DNA of 64,000 nt, from positions 90,124 through 154,123 of the IMG/VR virus record IMGVR_UViG_3300003873_000002. One strand, written 5' to 3'. Shown here piece after piece: positions 53,054 through 62,994 of the stretch. The notes under the pieces were generated by a model, which was not told the DNA's origin, did no database searches, and worked only from the letters and a program-made list of their open reading frames with translations. A program made the position numbers and the translations under genes. This DNA comes from a virus. Position 1 is the first letter of the stretch; every line of letters starts with the position of its first letter.

Positions 53054-54154
53054 ATGGTTATTATTGATGCAGGAAACCTTTATTTTAGAATGTTATACAT
53101 TGCTGTCAAACAGTCTAACCCGAGCAAAGATAAAGACGGTATGTTCATTACATCAGAGTTCGAAAGACAATTCATTCACTTAACATTAAGTTCGTTGATG
53201 AATACTAGAATGATGTTTATGCAACAATTTGGTGATGTTGCGTTAACAACAGAAGGAAAGGATCTTTGGCGTAAAAAATATTATAAAGTGTATAAAGCAC
53301 AACGCAAAGTTTTAAGAGATAGTAGTGAAATAAACTTCGTGGAGTTTTTTAAAGTTGTTGATAAATTAACAAAATTTATTGATGATTATACACCAATTAA
53401 AGTAGTTTCTGAACCATCTGCTGAAGGCGATGATATTGTTGCGGCATTAACAAAAGAATTTCACCGAGACCAACCTATTTTGATTGACAGTGTTGACCAC
53501 GATTTTATTCAGCTATTATCGTACCCAAATGTTACTTTAAGAAACCCAATTAAAAAGACTATTACAAAGGCACCTCCCAGCATAAGAAACTTTAAACTTG
53601 AGCATGTGCTTTGTGGTGATAAGGGCGATAACGTACCAAATATATTATATGGCTCTGAATACACTGATACATTTATTGAACACCTAAAAACACTTAATTT
53701 CACGAATTTTGATCCTTATACATTAGAAACCAATGATATGAATAAAATGCAGGAAATTTATGATAATTTTGATGTATTTAAAACAAATAGAAAGGGTGAA
53801 GAACTTTTTGAAAAGGATATCTATAAAATGATGCCTTTTGGTCCAAAAACTGCTGAAAAATATATCAAAGAATTAGATACACACCTTAAAAAGGATTGGT
53901 TTAAACGAAACTTTATTAGAAATTCTACATTGGTTCTTTTTGATAAAATTCCAGAAGAAGTACATAACAACATTATCAAAAGCTTTATTAACGCTAAACA
54001 CGACACACAAATCAATGAAATAATGAATTTTGCAAATAAAAATAGTTTATTGGAATTAGTTGCATCCACTTCAGATTTTTTAATCAAGCCCAAGAAAGAA
54101 TTGACATTTGAATATCTACTCGAAAACAGAAATAAAATTAATGAATGGTGCTAA
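53054..54154 (+). CDS. rnh: RNase H / 5'-3' exonuclease (FEN family)
   Basis: IIDAGN, WRKKYY..YK, EGDD, DHDFIQL, GDKGDNVP. Confidence 0.9.
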   Translation: MVIIDAGNLYFRMLYIAVKQSNPSKDKDGMFITSEFERQFIHLTLSSLMNTRMMFMQQFGDVALTTEGKDLWRKKYYKVYKAQRKVLRDSSEINFVEFFKVVDKLTKFIDDYTPIKVVSEPSAEGDDIVAALTKEFHRDQPILIDSVDHDFIQLLSYPNVTLRNPIKKTITKAPPSIRNFKLEHVLCGDKGDNVPNILYGSEYTDTFIEHLKTLNFTNFDPYTLETNDMNKMQEIYDNFDVFKTNRKGEELFEKDIYKMMPFGPKTAEKYIKELDTHLKKDWFKRNFIRNSTLVLFDKIPEEVHNNIIKSFINAKHDTQINEIMNFANKNSLLELVASTSDFLIKPKKELTFEYLLENRNKINEWC

Positions 54155-54325
54155 ATAAATAATTAATTTATTAACTGATTTTAAGCTGAATTTATTTTGA
54201 TATTATGTTTGTTATAATGTGTTTTGTGTGAATACAAATGAACATGAACGGGCGTGTTTTAATAATAATTTTATATTATAATTATAATAACATAATATCA
54301 TAATATTATTACAAATGGGGTTTTT

Positions 54326-55465
54326 ATGGGACAAAGACTGTCAAATATAAATATAAAATATTTCAAAATGATTATTAACCAGGACCAAATTGGGTATGAA
54401 ACACAGATGGACATTAATTGTAGATGCCCCATTTGTGGTGATTCTAGAAGAAATAAAAGAAAAAGAAGATTTCACCTTTATACAAAAACAACTTATAAAG
54501 AAGGTGATGATAGATTGAAATGTTTCCGATGTGATTGGTCAGGAAATATGTATCAATTCATCAAAGAAATGAATCCATCACTTCTGCGGAATTATTTAGA
54601 TGAAATCAGAGGAAATTCTTTTAATAATATAATAAAGAAAAAGAAAGAATCGGAAAAGAAAGAAGAAGATATATCTAGTGCGCTACTTTCAACAAAAATT
54701 AACTTATCTATTGAATCTAGTAGTTCTAAGGGTGAACTAGCAGATCCCATACAAAACAATAAGTCAGCTACAGAGATAGAAGCAGATAAGATTCATTTAA
54801 AGGTGTTCAGTGTACCAAAAGAATTTAAAAAACTTAAAAACTCTGATAAAAAATTCGTGGATTATATTAATAAAAGGTTACCAAAAACCACAGTTGACAT
54901 TAATGAAGTATTTCTCACATGTGATGAGATTATTGTAATTAATAACAAAAAAATCAATTTAAAAAACTGCATTGTGGTGCCATTGTATTTTAAAGATATG
55001 CTATATGGGTTTCAAGCGAGAGATATTACAGTAAAAAGATTTTATACATATATACCCGATGAAAATTCTGGTATGAAGGCGTTTAATTGGTTTAATTTAA
55101 ATAAGAGTGAACCAGTATACATAGCGGAAAGTGTGTTTGACGCATGTTCTATGGGATTCGATTTAAACCATGTTACTGCGGCGCTCGGATCAGATTTTAG
55201 CAAAAACCTTTTAGATGAACTTCAAGACCCTATTTTCTGTTTTGATAATCAAAATTCTGATAAAGCGTCATTAAAAAAATCAAATAAACTTATTAATAAA
55301 TATAAAGTATTTGTTTGGCCGCCTTTAAAGAGTAAAGATTTCAATGAACTATTATTATTGGGTGCAAATCCGGAGGATATTAAAAAATTAATTGAATCAA
55401 ATATTAAAAAAAATAGTGAAAGTTTTTTGATTCCTTTTTTAAACAATAAATTTAAAAACATTTAA
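54326..55465 (+). CDS. gp61: DNA primase
   Basis: CRCPICGDS, CFRC, GFQAR, TOPRIM ESVFD, FDN, KDFNE. Confidence 0.9.
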   Translation: MGQRLSNINIKYFKMIINQDQIGYETQMDINCRCPICGDSRRNKRKRRFHLYTKTTYKEGDDRLKCFRCDWSGNMYQFIKEMNPSLLRNYLDEIRGNSFNNIIKKKKESEKKEEDISSALLSTKINLSIESSSSKGELADPIQNNKSATEIEADKIHLKVFSVPKEFKKLKNSDKKFVDYINKRLPKTTVDINEVFLTCDEIIVINNKKINLKNCIVVPLYFKDMLYGFQARDITVKRFYTYIPDENSGMKAFNWFNLNKSEPVYIAESVFDACSMGFDLNHVTAALGSDFSKNLLDELQDPIFCFDNQNSDKASLKKSNKLINKYKVFVWPPLKSKDFNELLLLGANPEDIKKLIESNIKKNSESFLIPFLNNKFKNI

Positions 55466-55585
55466 AAACATTTAAATACATTTAAAAACATTTAAATACA
55501 TTTAATGATACATGTTGAAGTAAATTAAATAAATTTGATTAACAATTTACCATAATAAGAATAATAAGAGTAAAAAGAATTTATC

Positions 55586-56029
55586 ATGTTTATAAAGCAA
55601 TCAAATAACCCTTCAGCCAAATTAATCAATATTAAAAATGTCTCAAACATTGGCATTGAGCGCGAAAAAATGCGCATAATTTTTAATTTTCAACATAGTA
55701 TAAATATTTTTAATGGTGGATTGCGCCCAGATTATATTTATATGGACTTCAAAACACTGGATGATTTCTATCATGAGCTTAGAAATGTTACAGAAAAATG
55801 TAAGGATGATTTTTTTATTGATAAAAATTATAATAATAGATATGTTAATAAATCGGCAATATGCTCTATTAATATAGAAACAAAACGCAGACGCATCATT
55901 TTTAATTTAAATCATCAAATCAGTGCAAAAAATCCAGATAAGATTACATCAAATTTTATTTTTTGGAATTTTGATTGTGAAAGTTCATTCAACGACGCTA
56001 AAAAAGACATCGAATCTAATATTTTTTAA
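55586..56029 (+). CDS. Hypothetical protein with internal duplication
   Basis: Two similar halves (INIKNVSNIGIE..RIIFNF / VNKSAICSINIE..RIIFNL). Confidence 0.6.
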   Translation: MFIKQSNNPSAKLINIKNVSNIGIEREKMRIIFNFQHSINIFNGGLRPDYIYMDFKTLDDFYHELRNVTEKCKDDFFIDKNYNNRYVNKSAICSINIETKRRRIIFNLNHQISAKNPDKITSNFIFWNFDCESSFNDAKKDIESNIF

Positions 56030-56048
56030 TAAATTATAAAAATACATG

Positions 56049-56077
56049 TTGACATAATCATTGGTATGTATTATAAT
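56049..56077 (+). promoter_or_regulatory. Sigma-70-type promoter
   Basis: TTGACA-N17-TATAAT. Confidence 0.8.
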
Positions 56078-56117
56078 AATAAAAAAATAAAAACACCAAA
56101 CACATAAAGGTAATTCA

Positions 56118-56387
56118 ATGGACGAAGTAGCTGCAGTTTTAAATTATGCAAAATCTATTCTAGGTATCGAATATGAAATCACTATGTTAAGAGAGCAGGT
56201 GAAAGACATAAAATCCGATGCCAAGAATGATGGTGTATCAATTAAATCAGTAAACGCTGCAATCAGCAGAATTAAAAAAGAACTATCAACTACCATCGAC
56301 GAAAAAACTGATATCGAAGATATGGAATCTATTATCAAAGATGACCCAGGTGTAATGAAAGTTATCAGGGCGATTGTCGATAAATAA
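56118..56387 (+). CDS. DsbA/GapR-like small dsDNA-binding protein
   Basis: LREQVKDIKSDAKNDG pattern, 89 aa helical. Confidence 0.6.
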   Translation: MDEVAAVLNYAKSILGIEYEITMLREQVKDIKSDAKNDGVSIKSVNAAISRIKKELSTTIDEKTDIEDMESIIKDDPGVMKVIRAIVDK

Positions 56388-56583
56388 GACTCATAAACCA
56401 ATCTTGCAAATCATATAATTGCATTAAAGGCATTAAATTAAAAAAAAATAGTGCCTTTTATATAAACGTGTGTTATAATATACATAAATAAACAAACATT
56501 AACAAACACCATGTTGTTTATAGTTGTCGCATCAAAATCACAATAACAAAATCGCACTAAAATCGTGTTAAAAAGGAAGATGC

Positions 56584-57408
56584 ATGCCATTAAAATTTGC
56601 ACCGTATTCATTTAGTAAAATTACAACGTTTACCCAGTGCCCGAAGAAATTCAAATTTAAATATATAGATAAAATTTATTTTAAATCTGACAATATCGCG
56701 CTAGAAAAGGGTAGTTATATACACCTACTATTGGAAATACTGGCAAATCCATCATTTGCAGATTCAAGAAAGATTGATATTGTATCTACCGCTATGCATG
56801 TAATTAATAAAACACAGTTCAAATTTTCACTATCAACTGAACAAGATATTAAATCACACCAAAAAATCTTTTTAAATTTTATTCAAAGCGATATAGGCCA
56901 CAAGTATTTTATTGATTATGATATCATCTCTGCAGAAGAAGAGTTTGGTATAAAGTGGGATAACAATAACTTTGATGCAACAAGCTATTACAATAAATCA
57001 GCTACTATCAGAGGAAAGGTTGACCAAATTTCAAAAAATGGCAATGAAATCCATATCATTGATTGGAAGTCAGGAAAGGTACCTCAAGAAATAAGTGAAA
57101 TGCAAATTCAACTTTACGCTATCTGGTTTTTTCTTAAATTTAAAAATATAGATAAAGTAATAACATCATTTGTTTATATTGAACACAACAAAGAAAAAAC
57201 AGTTGTATACAAAAGAGATGATATCCCACTTATTAAAAAAGCGTACGGAAGACGAATCAAAGAAATTGAAATTGAAAATTCTTTTAATAAAAAAGAAACA
57301 CACATGTGCAATTGGTGTGAGTATAGAAATAAAGGGCTTTGTGACGAATTAAGCTCATTTAAAAATATCAAATTACAAACCCAAAATAGTCAAAATAAGA
57401 GATTATAA
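56584..57408 (+). CDS. Cas4-like / RecB-family PD-(D/E)xK exonuclease
   Basis: YSFSK..CP, GSYIH, RGKVD, IDWKSG, QIQLYA, CNWCEY....LC (four-Cys arrangement). Confidence 0.85.
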   Translation: MPLKFAPYSFSKITTFTQCPKKFKFKYIDKIYFKSDNIALEKGSYIHLLLEILANPSFADSRKIDIVSTAMHVINKTQFKFSLSTEQDIKSHQKIFLNFIQSDIGHKYFIDYDIISAEEEFGIKWDNNNFDATSYYNKSATIRGKVDQISKNGNEIHIIDWKSGKVPQEISEMQIQLYAIWFFLKFKNIDKVITSFVYIEHNKEKTVVYKRDDIPLIKKAYGRRIKEIEIENSFNKKETHMCNWCEYRNKGLCDELSSFKNIKLQTQNSQNKRL

Positions 57409-57409
57409 A

Positions 57410-58129
57410 ATGTTTAAAAGTATTTATGAATTTATGTCTGCGCCCTTAGAAATTAGTAGTGATATTAATAAATTCAATGAAGTAATCAAAAACGACAATA
57501 TCATGGACGAAATTAATGAAAAGGGTGTAATTTTACTTTATATTGAGAGCGGGATGCTCGAATTTGTTGAAGCATTAATCAAAAACGGCGCTAATATCCA
57601 AATAGTAGATATTGATGGTTTTACACCACTTGATTATGCTATCTCATTTGAAATGTATGATATTGTTGAACTACTTGTCGATAGTGGTTTTAAACTAGTA
57701 TATAACGGGTGCAGTGCACCATTAGTTGATGCAATTAACACTAATAACATAAAAATAGTTGAATTATTATTGGCATCTTATACCAAAGAAAGTTTAGATA
57801 TTCCTGTAAATACTGGTATTTATGCGGGCGCATATCCATTGCATCTAGCAATTTATAATCCATACATTTTGCTACTATTGATTAGATATGGATTTGATAT
57901 TAATAGAGAAACAGACAACCATATTTATAATGTACTTGAAGCAGCCATTTATAATAATGCACCACCAGAAATAATTGAGATACTTATTGATGCAGGTGCA
58001 GATACAGAATGTTTGAAAAATGATGCGAGGGTAATGAAAATTATTGACGACAATTATAAACCATCAGAAATAGAATTTTTTAAAAAATTAGAAAGCGGTG
58101 AATTGGTATTGAATAAGTATAACCAATAA
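57410..58129 (+). CDS. Ankyrin-repeat protein
   Basis: LIKNGANI..DGFTPLDYA, YPLHLA, LIDAGAD. Confidence 0.85.
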   Translation: MFKSIYEFMSAPLEISSDINKFNEVIKNDNIMDEINEKGVILLYIESGMLEFVEALIKNGANIQIVDIDGFTPLDYAISFEMYDIVELLVDSGFKLVYNGCSAPLVDAINTNNIKIVELLLASYTKESLDIPVNTGIYAGAYPLHLAIYNPYILLLLIRYGFDINRETDNHIYNVLEAAIYNNAPPEIIEILIDAGADTECLKNDARVMKIIDDNYKPSEIEFFKKLESGELVLNKYNQ

Positions 58130-58230
58130 GTAACTAATAAGTAACCAATAAGTAACTAATAAGTAACTAATAAGTAACTATAAACAAAATAAAATAAAAC
58201 AAAATAAAACAAAATAATTAAGGAGCAATT

Positions 58231-58527
58231 ATGCCTGGTTTTGCAAGATTAGGCGACAATGATACGGGCCACCCATGTTATGGTGGAAGACCATCAAATG
58301 CAGCAAATGGCTCTGTTTTCGCTAACGGCAAATTAATTATGGGTGTTGGGTGTTCCGGGTGGCCGTCACACTGTTGTGGCCCAGCATGCCATGGTTCTGC
58401 GGTCGCAAGTGGTTCTGGCTCTGTTTTTGTTGAAGGTTGTCCGTCCGCGAGGGTAGGAGATCCGTTGGATTGTAGCTCGATTGATTTTTGTGACGGCCAT
58501 TCTGGTGATGTAAACGCTGGCGGGTAG
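58231..58527 (+). CDS. PAAR spike-tip protein (T4 gp5.4-like)
   Basis: ARLGD, SVFANG, GSGSVFVEG.PSARVGD; His/Cys ligands. Confidence 0.88.
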   Translation: MPGFARLGDNDTGHPCYGGRPSNAANGSVFANGKLIMGVGCSGWPSHCCGPACHGSAVASGSGSVFVEGCPSARVGDPLDCSSIDFCDGHSGDVNAGG

Positions 58528-58609
58528 AGTATAAATGAGCATAAATGCGTACAAATGGGTACAGATGGGTACAAATGAGCACAAATGTGTGTAAGAGGGT
58601 GTATAAGTA

Positions 58610-59263
58610 ATGGATATAAAATGGAATAATCCTTTTGAGGATGCATTCGGCCTTAAAACATCAAATGGTGACGGGTCAAGCAGATCAATTACTAAATGTG
58701 CCCCTGCAAGCACAAGTAGCTCAGGTGGCGCAGATGCTGACATGGGTCCACCACCACCAATATATACTGGGAATGATACATACGGTGATTTTATTTTTCT
58801 TTCACAGAATATCACATACACTGGTATAATTGAAAGCCATTATATGCGCACAACAGTCAATCTTACACTCACCGGCGACAACGAAGCTGGCGTACCATAC
58901 GATATGGAATTTAACTATACAATGGAAGGAATCCAAGAAGAATTTCATTTTAGTGAATCATTTCCAAAGTTATTCATGAACGACCCTATATTATATGAAA
59001 ATACAACTACAGATCTATACCATGGTATTGGTGATTGCGATGGATACGGCAACTTCACTACAGGTAATGTGTCCACAAATCCACATATTGATGAAAATGG
59101 TGCATTTATAATCACAACATTATCAGGAAAAAAATGGGCATGGTATTTCTTTATGTTAGGTGATGTTGAGAATGTACCTGAAATGGTCAAGAATGTAAGA
59201 TTAATAAATGACGGCAGAATTATACATTACAAAAAAGGCCGCAAAACACAGTGGCTTGGGTAA
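58610..59263 (+). CDS. Hypothetical protein
   Basis: 217 aa ORF after PAAR; GAGGG RBS. Confidence 0.55.
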   Translation: MDIKWNNPFEDAFGLKTSNGDGSSRSITKCAPASTSSSGGADADMGPPPPIYTGNDTYGDFIFLSQNITYTGIIESHYMRTTVNLTLTGDNEAGVPYDMEFNYTMEGIQEEFHFSESFPKLFMNDPILYENTTTDLYHGIGDCDGYGNFTTGNVSTNPHIDENGAFIITTLSGKKWAWYFFMLGDVENVPEMVKNVRLINDGRIIHYKKGRKTQWLG

Positions 59264-59383
59264 TTGTTGTTTGGGTTGATGTTGTTTGGGTTGATGTTTT
59301 AATATTTTTCAGATATAATACAATATAATACAATATAATACAATATAATACAATAATTCAAATAAGATAAGTAAGGAATAAAA

Positions 59384-59836
59384 ATGATCATCACATATCT
59401 AAATGCATATTTAAACACAAAATTACGCAGCAAATTCATGAAAGTCAAAGATTTTTTCACCACAACTAAAACAGATAAAACAAATATTGTAGTAAGCCAA
59501 TCACAACCACTGCAGCCATTACAACAGCCACAAAATGAAAAAATAGATTTATTATTATCTTTAATCGAGCATATTAAAATTAATAATGACAATACTGCAG
59601 TTATTAGATTATCAAAAGATATTATGATTGAATCAGATTATTCAGTAATCAATTTTTATAAAGGACACTCAGTTACCGTGGCTGAAACGATTCATTTTAA
59701 TCCAGATTTTAAAAAAAATATAGATAATAATGTGCTTCATAATTTATCATATGAACTACATGCAGTCGAACAAAGAGCCAACGAAGAATACAAAAAGTTA
59801 AAACAACAACAAGAAAATCCGTGTATCAGTTGTTAA
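59384..59836 (+). CDS. Hypothetical protein
   Basis: 150 aa; AAGGA RBS. Confidence 0.55.
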   Translation: MIITYLNAYLNTKLRSKFMKVKDFFTTTKTDKTNIVVSQSQPLQPLQQPQNEKIDLLLSLIEHIKINNDNTAVIRLSKDIMIESDYSVINFYKGHSVTVAETIHFNPDFKKNIDNNVLHNLSYELHAVEQRANEEYKKLKQQQENPCISC

Positions 59837-59861
59837 CCATACCACAATAACCAACAACACC

Positions 59862-62510
59862 ATGCTCTTTATGAAAACTATGAAAACTATTAAAATCACC
59901 GTATTCAATTCCGTAATAACAAATAAAAAAATTCCAAAATCACCATTTGAGAGTGGTGAATTTGTCTTCAATACAGTAGAAACTAATATAAATGATGTTT
60001 TTGAAATTATTTCAAACAATTTTTATTTGAATAATAATTTTGATTTGAATGGGACATACCTCAGAAGAAGTAATCAGCTTCAACACCATCTCACAAAAAA
60101 TATAGGACACATTATCCTTGATATCGATGAAGTTTATTCGCAAAATGATGCAAATAAAATATTTGAAACACTTAAATCAGAGGATTTTCATTTCGCATTA
60201 GGTAAAAGTAAGAGTTTTAATGGCACTGATAATTTCAATTTAAAGGGTGTTATCCTTTGCGATGGAAAAAATAATAAAGATGCTATAAGAAATTTTGTAG
60301 ATGAGTTAAACACTCTTATTGGGCAGTACGGGCACGTAGATCCAAGTATTTTATCTGTTGCCAGTTTTCAAGCACCAACTCATAATGGAGGGGCAATTTT
60401 TAAACACGAGGGAATGAATCTTTATAAGCTAAGCCAAAAAGCAAAAAGCACCAAACAAATAAGCAAAATACCAGACCCATCATGCTTTCTAGATGTATGT
60501 ATCAATGAATTTGCTATGAGAGGATTTCATCAAACAAATAAAGATAGTAATAAAAATATAAGAATTTTTTCGCACAGAAATGAAAAAACTCCTAATGGGT
60601 ATTTTCTTTTTGAAGATCACCCATTTATTATGCATCACCATAATGGTACAAAGATTAATATTTTTGAAACTATTATGAAAACATCCGCAAGCAATAAGTA
60701 TGTAGTTGAGTACACACAAAAACAACAAATAAATTCTATTAAACATAAAGTACCAAATAGGACACAAAATAATATCATTTGCAATGAAAAAATAATGACT
60801 ATTAATAAACGCAAATCTGATTTAATTAGCAAATTTATCCATAGCAAAAAGGCAACTCTAAAAATTAAGGCAGCGATGGGCACAGGTAAAAGTATTATTA
60901 TACAAGAAGTCGTTAAACAATGCAGTGAACAAAATAAACGTGTGCTTTTTATTACAAATAGAATATCAATTGCCAATGATATCAAAACCAAGACAGGTAT
61001 TAAGATATATAGTGATGGGGATTATAAAGAAGGCGATAATATTATTGTGCAACTAGAATCACTATGGAAATATGATTTAAAGTTTTTTGATGTTGTAATT
61101 TTAGACGAGTTCATGTCATTATTGCTGCATACAAGAAATACATTATCCAATCATAGTAAAATAAATAAAATGAAATTTAATTATATTTTAGAACACAAGT
61201 CGTATGTTGTAGCAGATGCATTTTTATTTAAAACTGACATGTTTTTCAAAAAAAGTTTCACAATTTATAATAAATATCTTGATAATGTTGGATTATATGA
61301 TTATCAAAAAATTGATGATTTAATCGATAAAATGATTACAACCTTAAAAAAACCAAACCATAAAAAAACAAAAAAAATAACTATTTCAAGCAATAATAAA
61401 AAAATGGTTGGAGTAATTAATCATATACTTAGGGCGAATAATTTCAAAACGATGTTATTGACTGCTGAGACACCTGAACACACAAAAAAATTAATCTACG
61501 AACATTTTAATAAAGAAAACCACGATGCATGGGACGCACTCATTTATACACCAACATTAACTGTGGGCATCTCTAACCTTAATGATATTTCTGATCATTT
61601 TCATATTGATAATGGTATGTCAATTGATACAATATCGTCATTGCAAATGATTAAACGTTCCAGAAAAGCTAAAAATATTCATTTTTATGTTAAATCTGGG
61701 CGCAGAATGATGCCATTTGACCTTGATACACTAAATAAAAAATCACTTGCGAAAATGGGTGTAGATGATATCACAATTGATAGTACAGGTAGTGTTGTTT
61801 TGACACCAGAACGCATTTTTGAAAATAAAGTAGAATCGATTTTTAATGCACTTGAATCAAATCACGAGAATGCATTTAAAACTTTGTTGCACGAACAATT
61901 TAAAAATAAAATTCTAACTATTACACCATCACAAAGAACATTTAATATACCATCTATTACAAAGGATATTAATGAAGAGTCTATTAAAAATAAACTTTCG
62001 ATTATAGAAAACCTTCATCAATCTATTTACGACAAAAATACAAATACTATTCAATTAAAACAATTAAAACAAATAGATGAATCTAAAGCAATGACAAAAT
62101 TAATAACAATTATTAAAGACCATGTGGTGTGTGATATAAGTGATGATGATTTATTTGAATTGGCTAAAAAGGAAATCAAAAGCAATTTTAAGTACATCAA
62201 AACACTAAAAAACATTTCTATATTTTATTCAGATGAACATAAATTGGGTGTTATTAAGCAAAGTATGGAATCTAATAATAACACCAAAGGTATAAAATTC
62301 ATAGAAACTACTTTAAGTCTCAAGGCACATGGCATAAAATTATACAATAAATTCTCACCGAATTTAATTAAAAGTATAAGCGAATCAAATGAAATAATTT
62401 TAAGCATTCCATTGAGAACTTTTTTAAGAGAAGTTGGCTATACCAATAAACATGGTACTTATATTCTGGGTGATAATATATTAAAAGACGCATCGTTGAT
62501 AAATCAATAA
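59862..62510 (+). CDS. SF2 helicase of origin-binding (UL9-like) type with uncharacterised N-terminal domain
   Basis: AAMGTGKS, TNRIS, VQLESL, ILDE, ADA, YTPTLTVGIS, QMIKRSR. Confidence 0.7.
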   Translation: MLFMKTMKTIKITVFNSVITNKKIPKSPFESGEFVFNTVETNINDVFEIISNNFYLNNNFDLNGTYLRRSNQLQHHLTKNIGHIILDIDEVYSQNDANKIFETLKSEDFHFALGKSKSFNGTDNFNLKGVILCDGKNNKDAIRNFVDELNTLIGQYGHVDPSILSVASFQAPTHNGGAIFKHEGMNLYKLSQKAKSTKQISKIPDPSCFLDVCINEFAMRGFHQTNKDSNKNIRIFSHRNEKTPNGYFLFEDHPFIMHHHNGTKINIFETIMKTSASNKYVVEYTQKQQINSIKHKVPNRTQNNIICNEKIMTINKRKSDLISKFIHSKKATLKIKAAMGTGKSIIIQEVVKQCSEQNKRVLFITNRISIANDIKTKTGIKIYSDGDYKEGDNIIVQLESLWKYDLKFFDVVILDEFMSLLLHTRNTLSNHSKINKMKFNYILEHKSYVVADAFLFKTDMFFKKSFTIYNKYLDNVGLYDYQKIDDLIDKMITTLKKPNHKKTKKITISSNNKKMVGVINHILRANNFKTMLLTAETPEHTKKLIYEHFNKENHDAWDALIYTPTLTVGISNLNDISDHFHIDNGMSIDTISSLQMIKRSRKAKNIHFYVKSGRRMMPFDLDTLNKKSLAKMGVDDITIDSTGSVVLTPERIFENKVESIFNALESNHENAFKTLLHEQFKNKILTITPSQRTFNIPSITKDINEESIKNKLSIIENLHQSIYDKNTNTIQLKQLKQIDESKAMTKLITIIKDHVVCDISDDDLFELAKKEIKSNFKYIKTLKNISIFYSDEHKLGVIKQSMESNNNTKGIKFIETTLSLKAHGIKLYNKFSPNLIKSISESNEIILSIPLRTFLREVGYTNKHGTYILGDNILKDASLINQ

Positions 62511-62994
62511 TTTTATAATTTTTTGTAATTTAATGGGGTGTTGCTGGCAATGTTGTGTAATGTCATGACATCCCAATATAAATGAAGACAAAATAAAACA
62601 ACCCTGTTTAAATCAGTGCAAACCGATACAAACCGTTGCAAACCGATACAAACCGATACAAACCGCGTCAACACAAAAAATATTATCGCACTGTATATGG
62701 AATACCACAATTTTTAAACAATTTTAAGTACAACTCCAATTGAATCCATCACACCACACTAATTGAATAATTCAAAGTCATACCAAATCATACCAAATCA
62801 TACCAAATCATACCAAAATCACCCAAGCTAATTTAACACTTCATGTTTTTCATATTTAAAAAAAATAATAAAAAAATAATAAAAAATAATAAAAAATTAT
62901 GCTAAAATCACACTGAAATTTCCATGCTGATTTTGAAAAAACATCCGGAGAATTACCTATAAAAAAATAAAAAATCACAAAAATTTTTTTTGGC

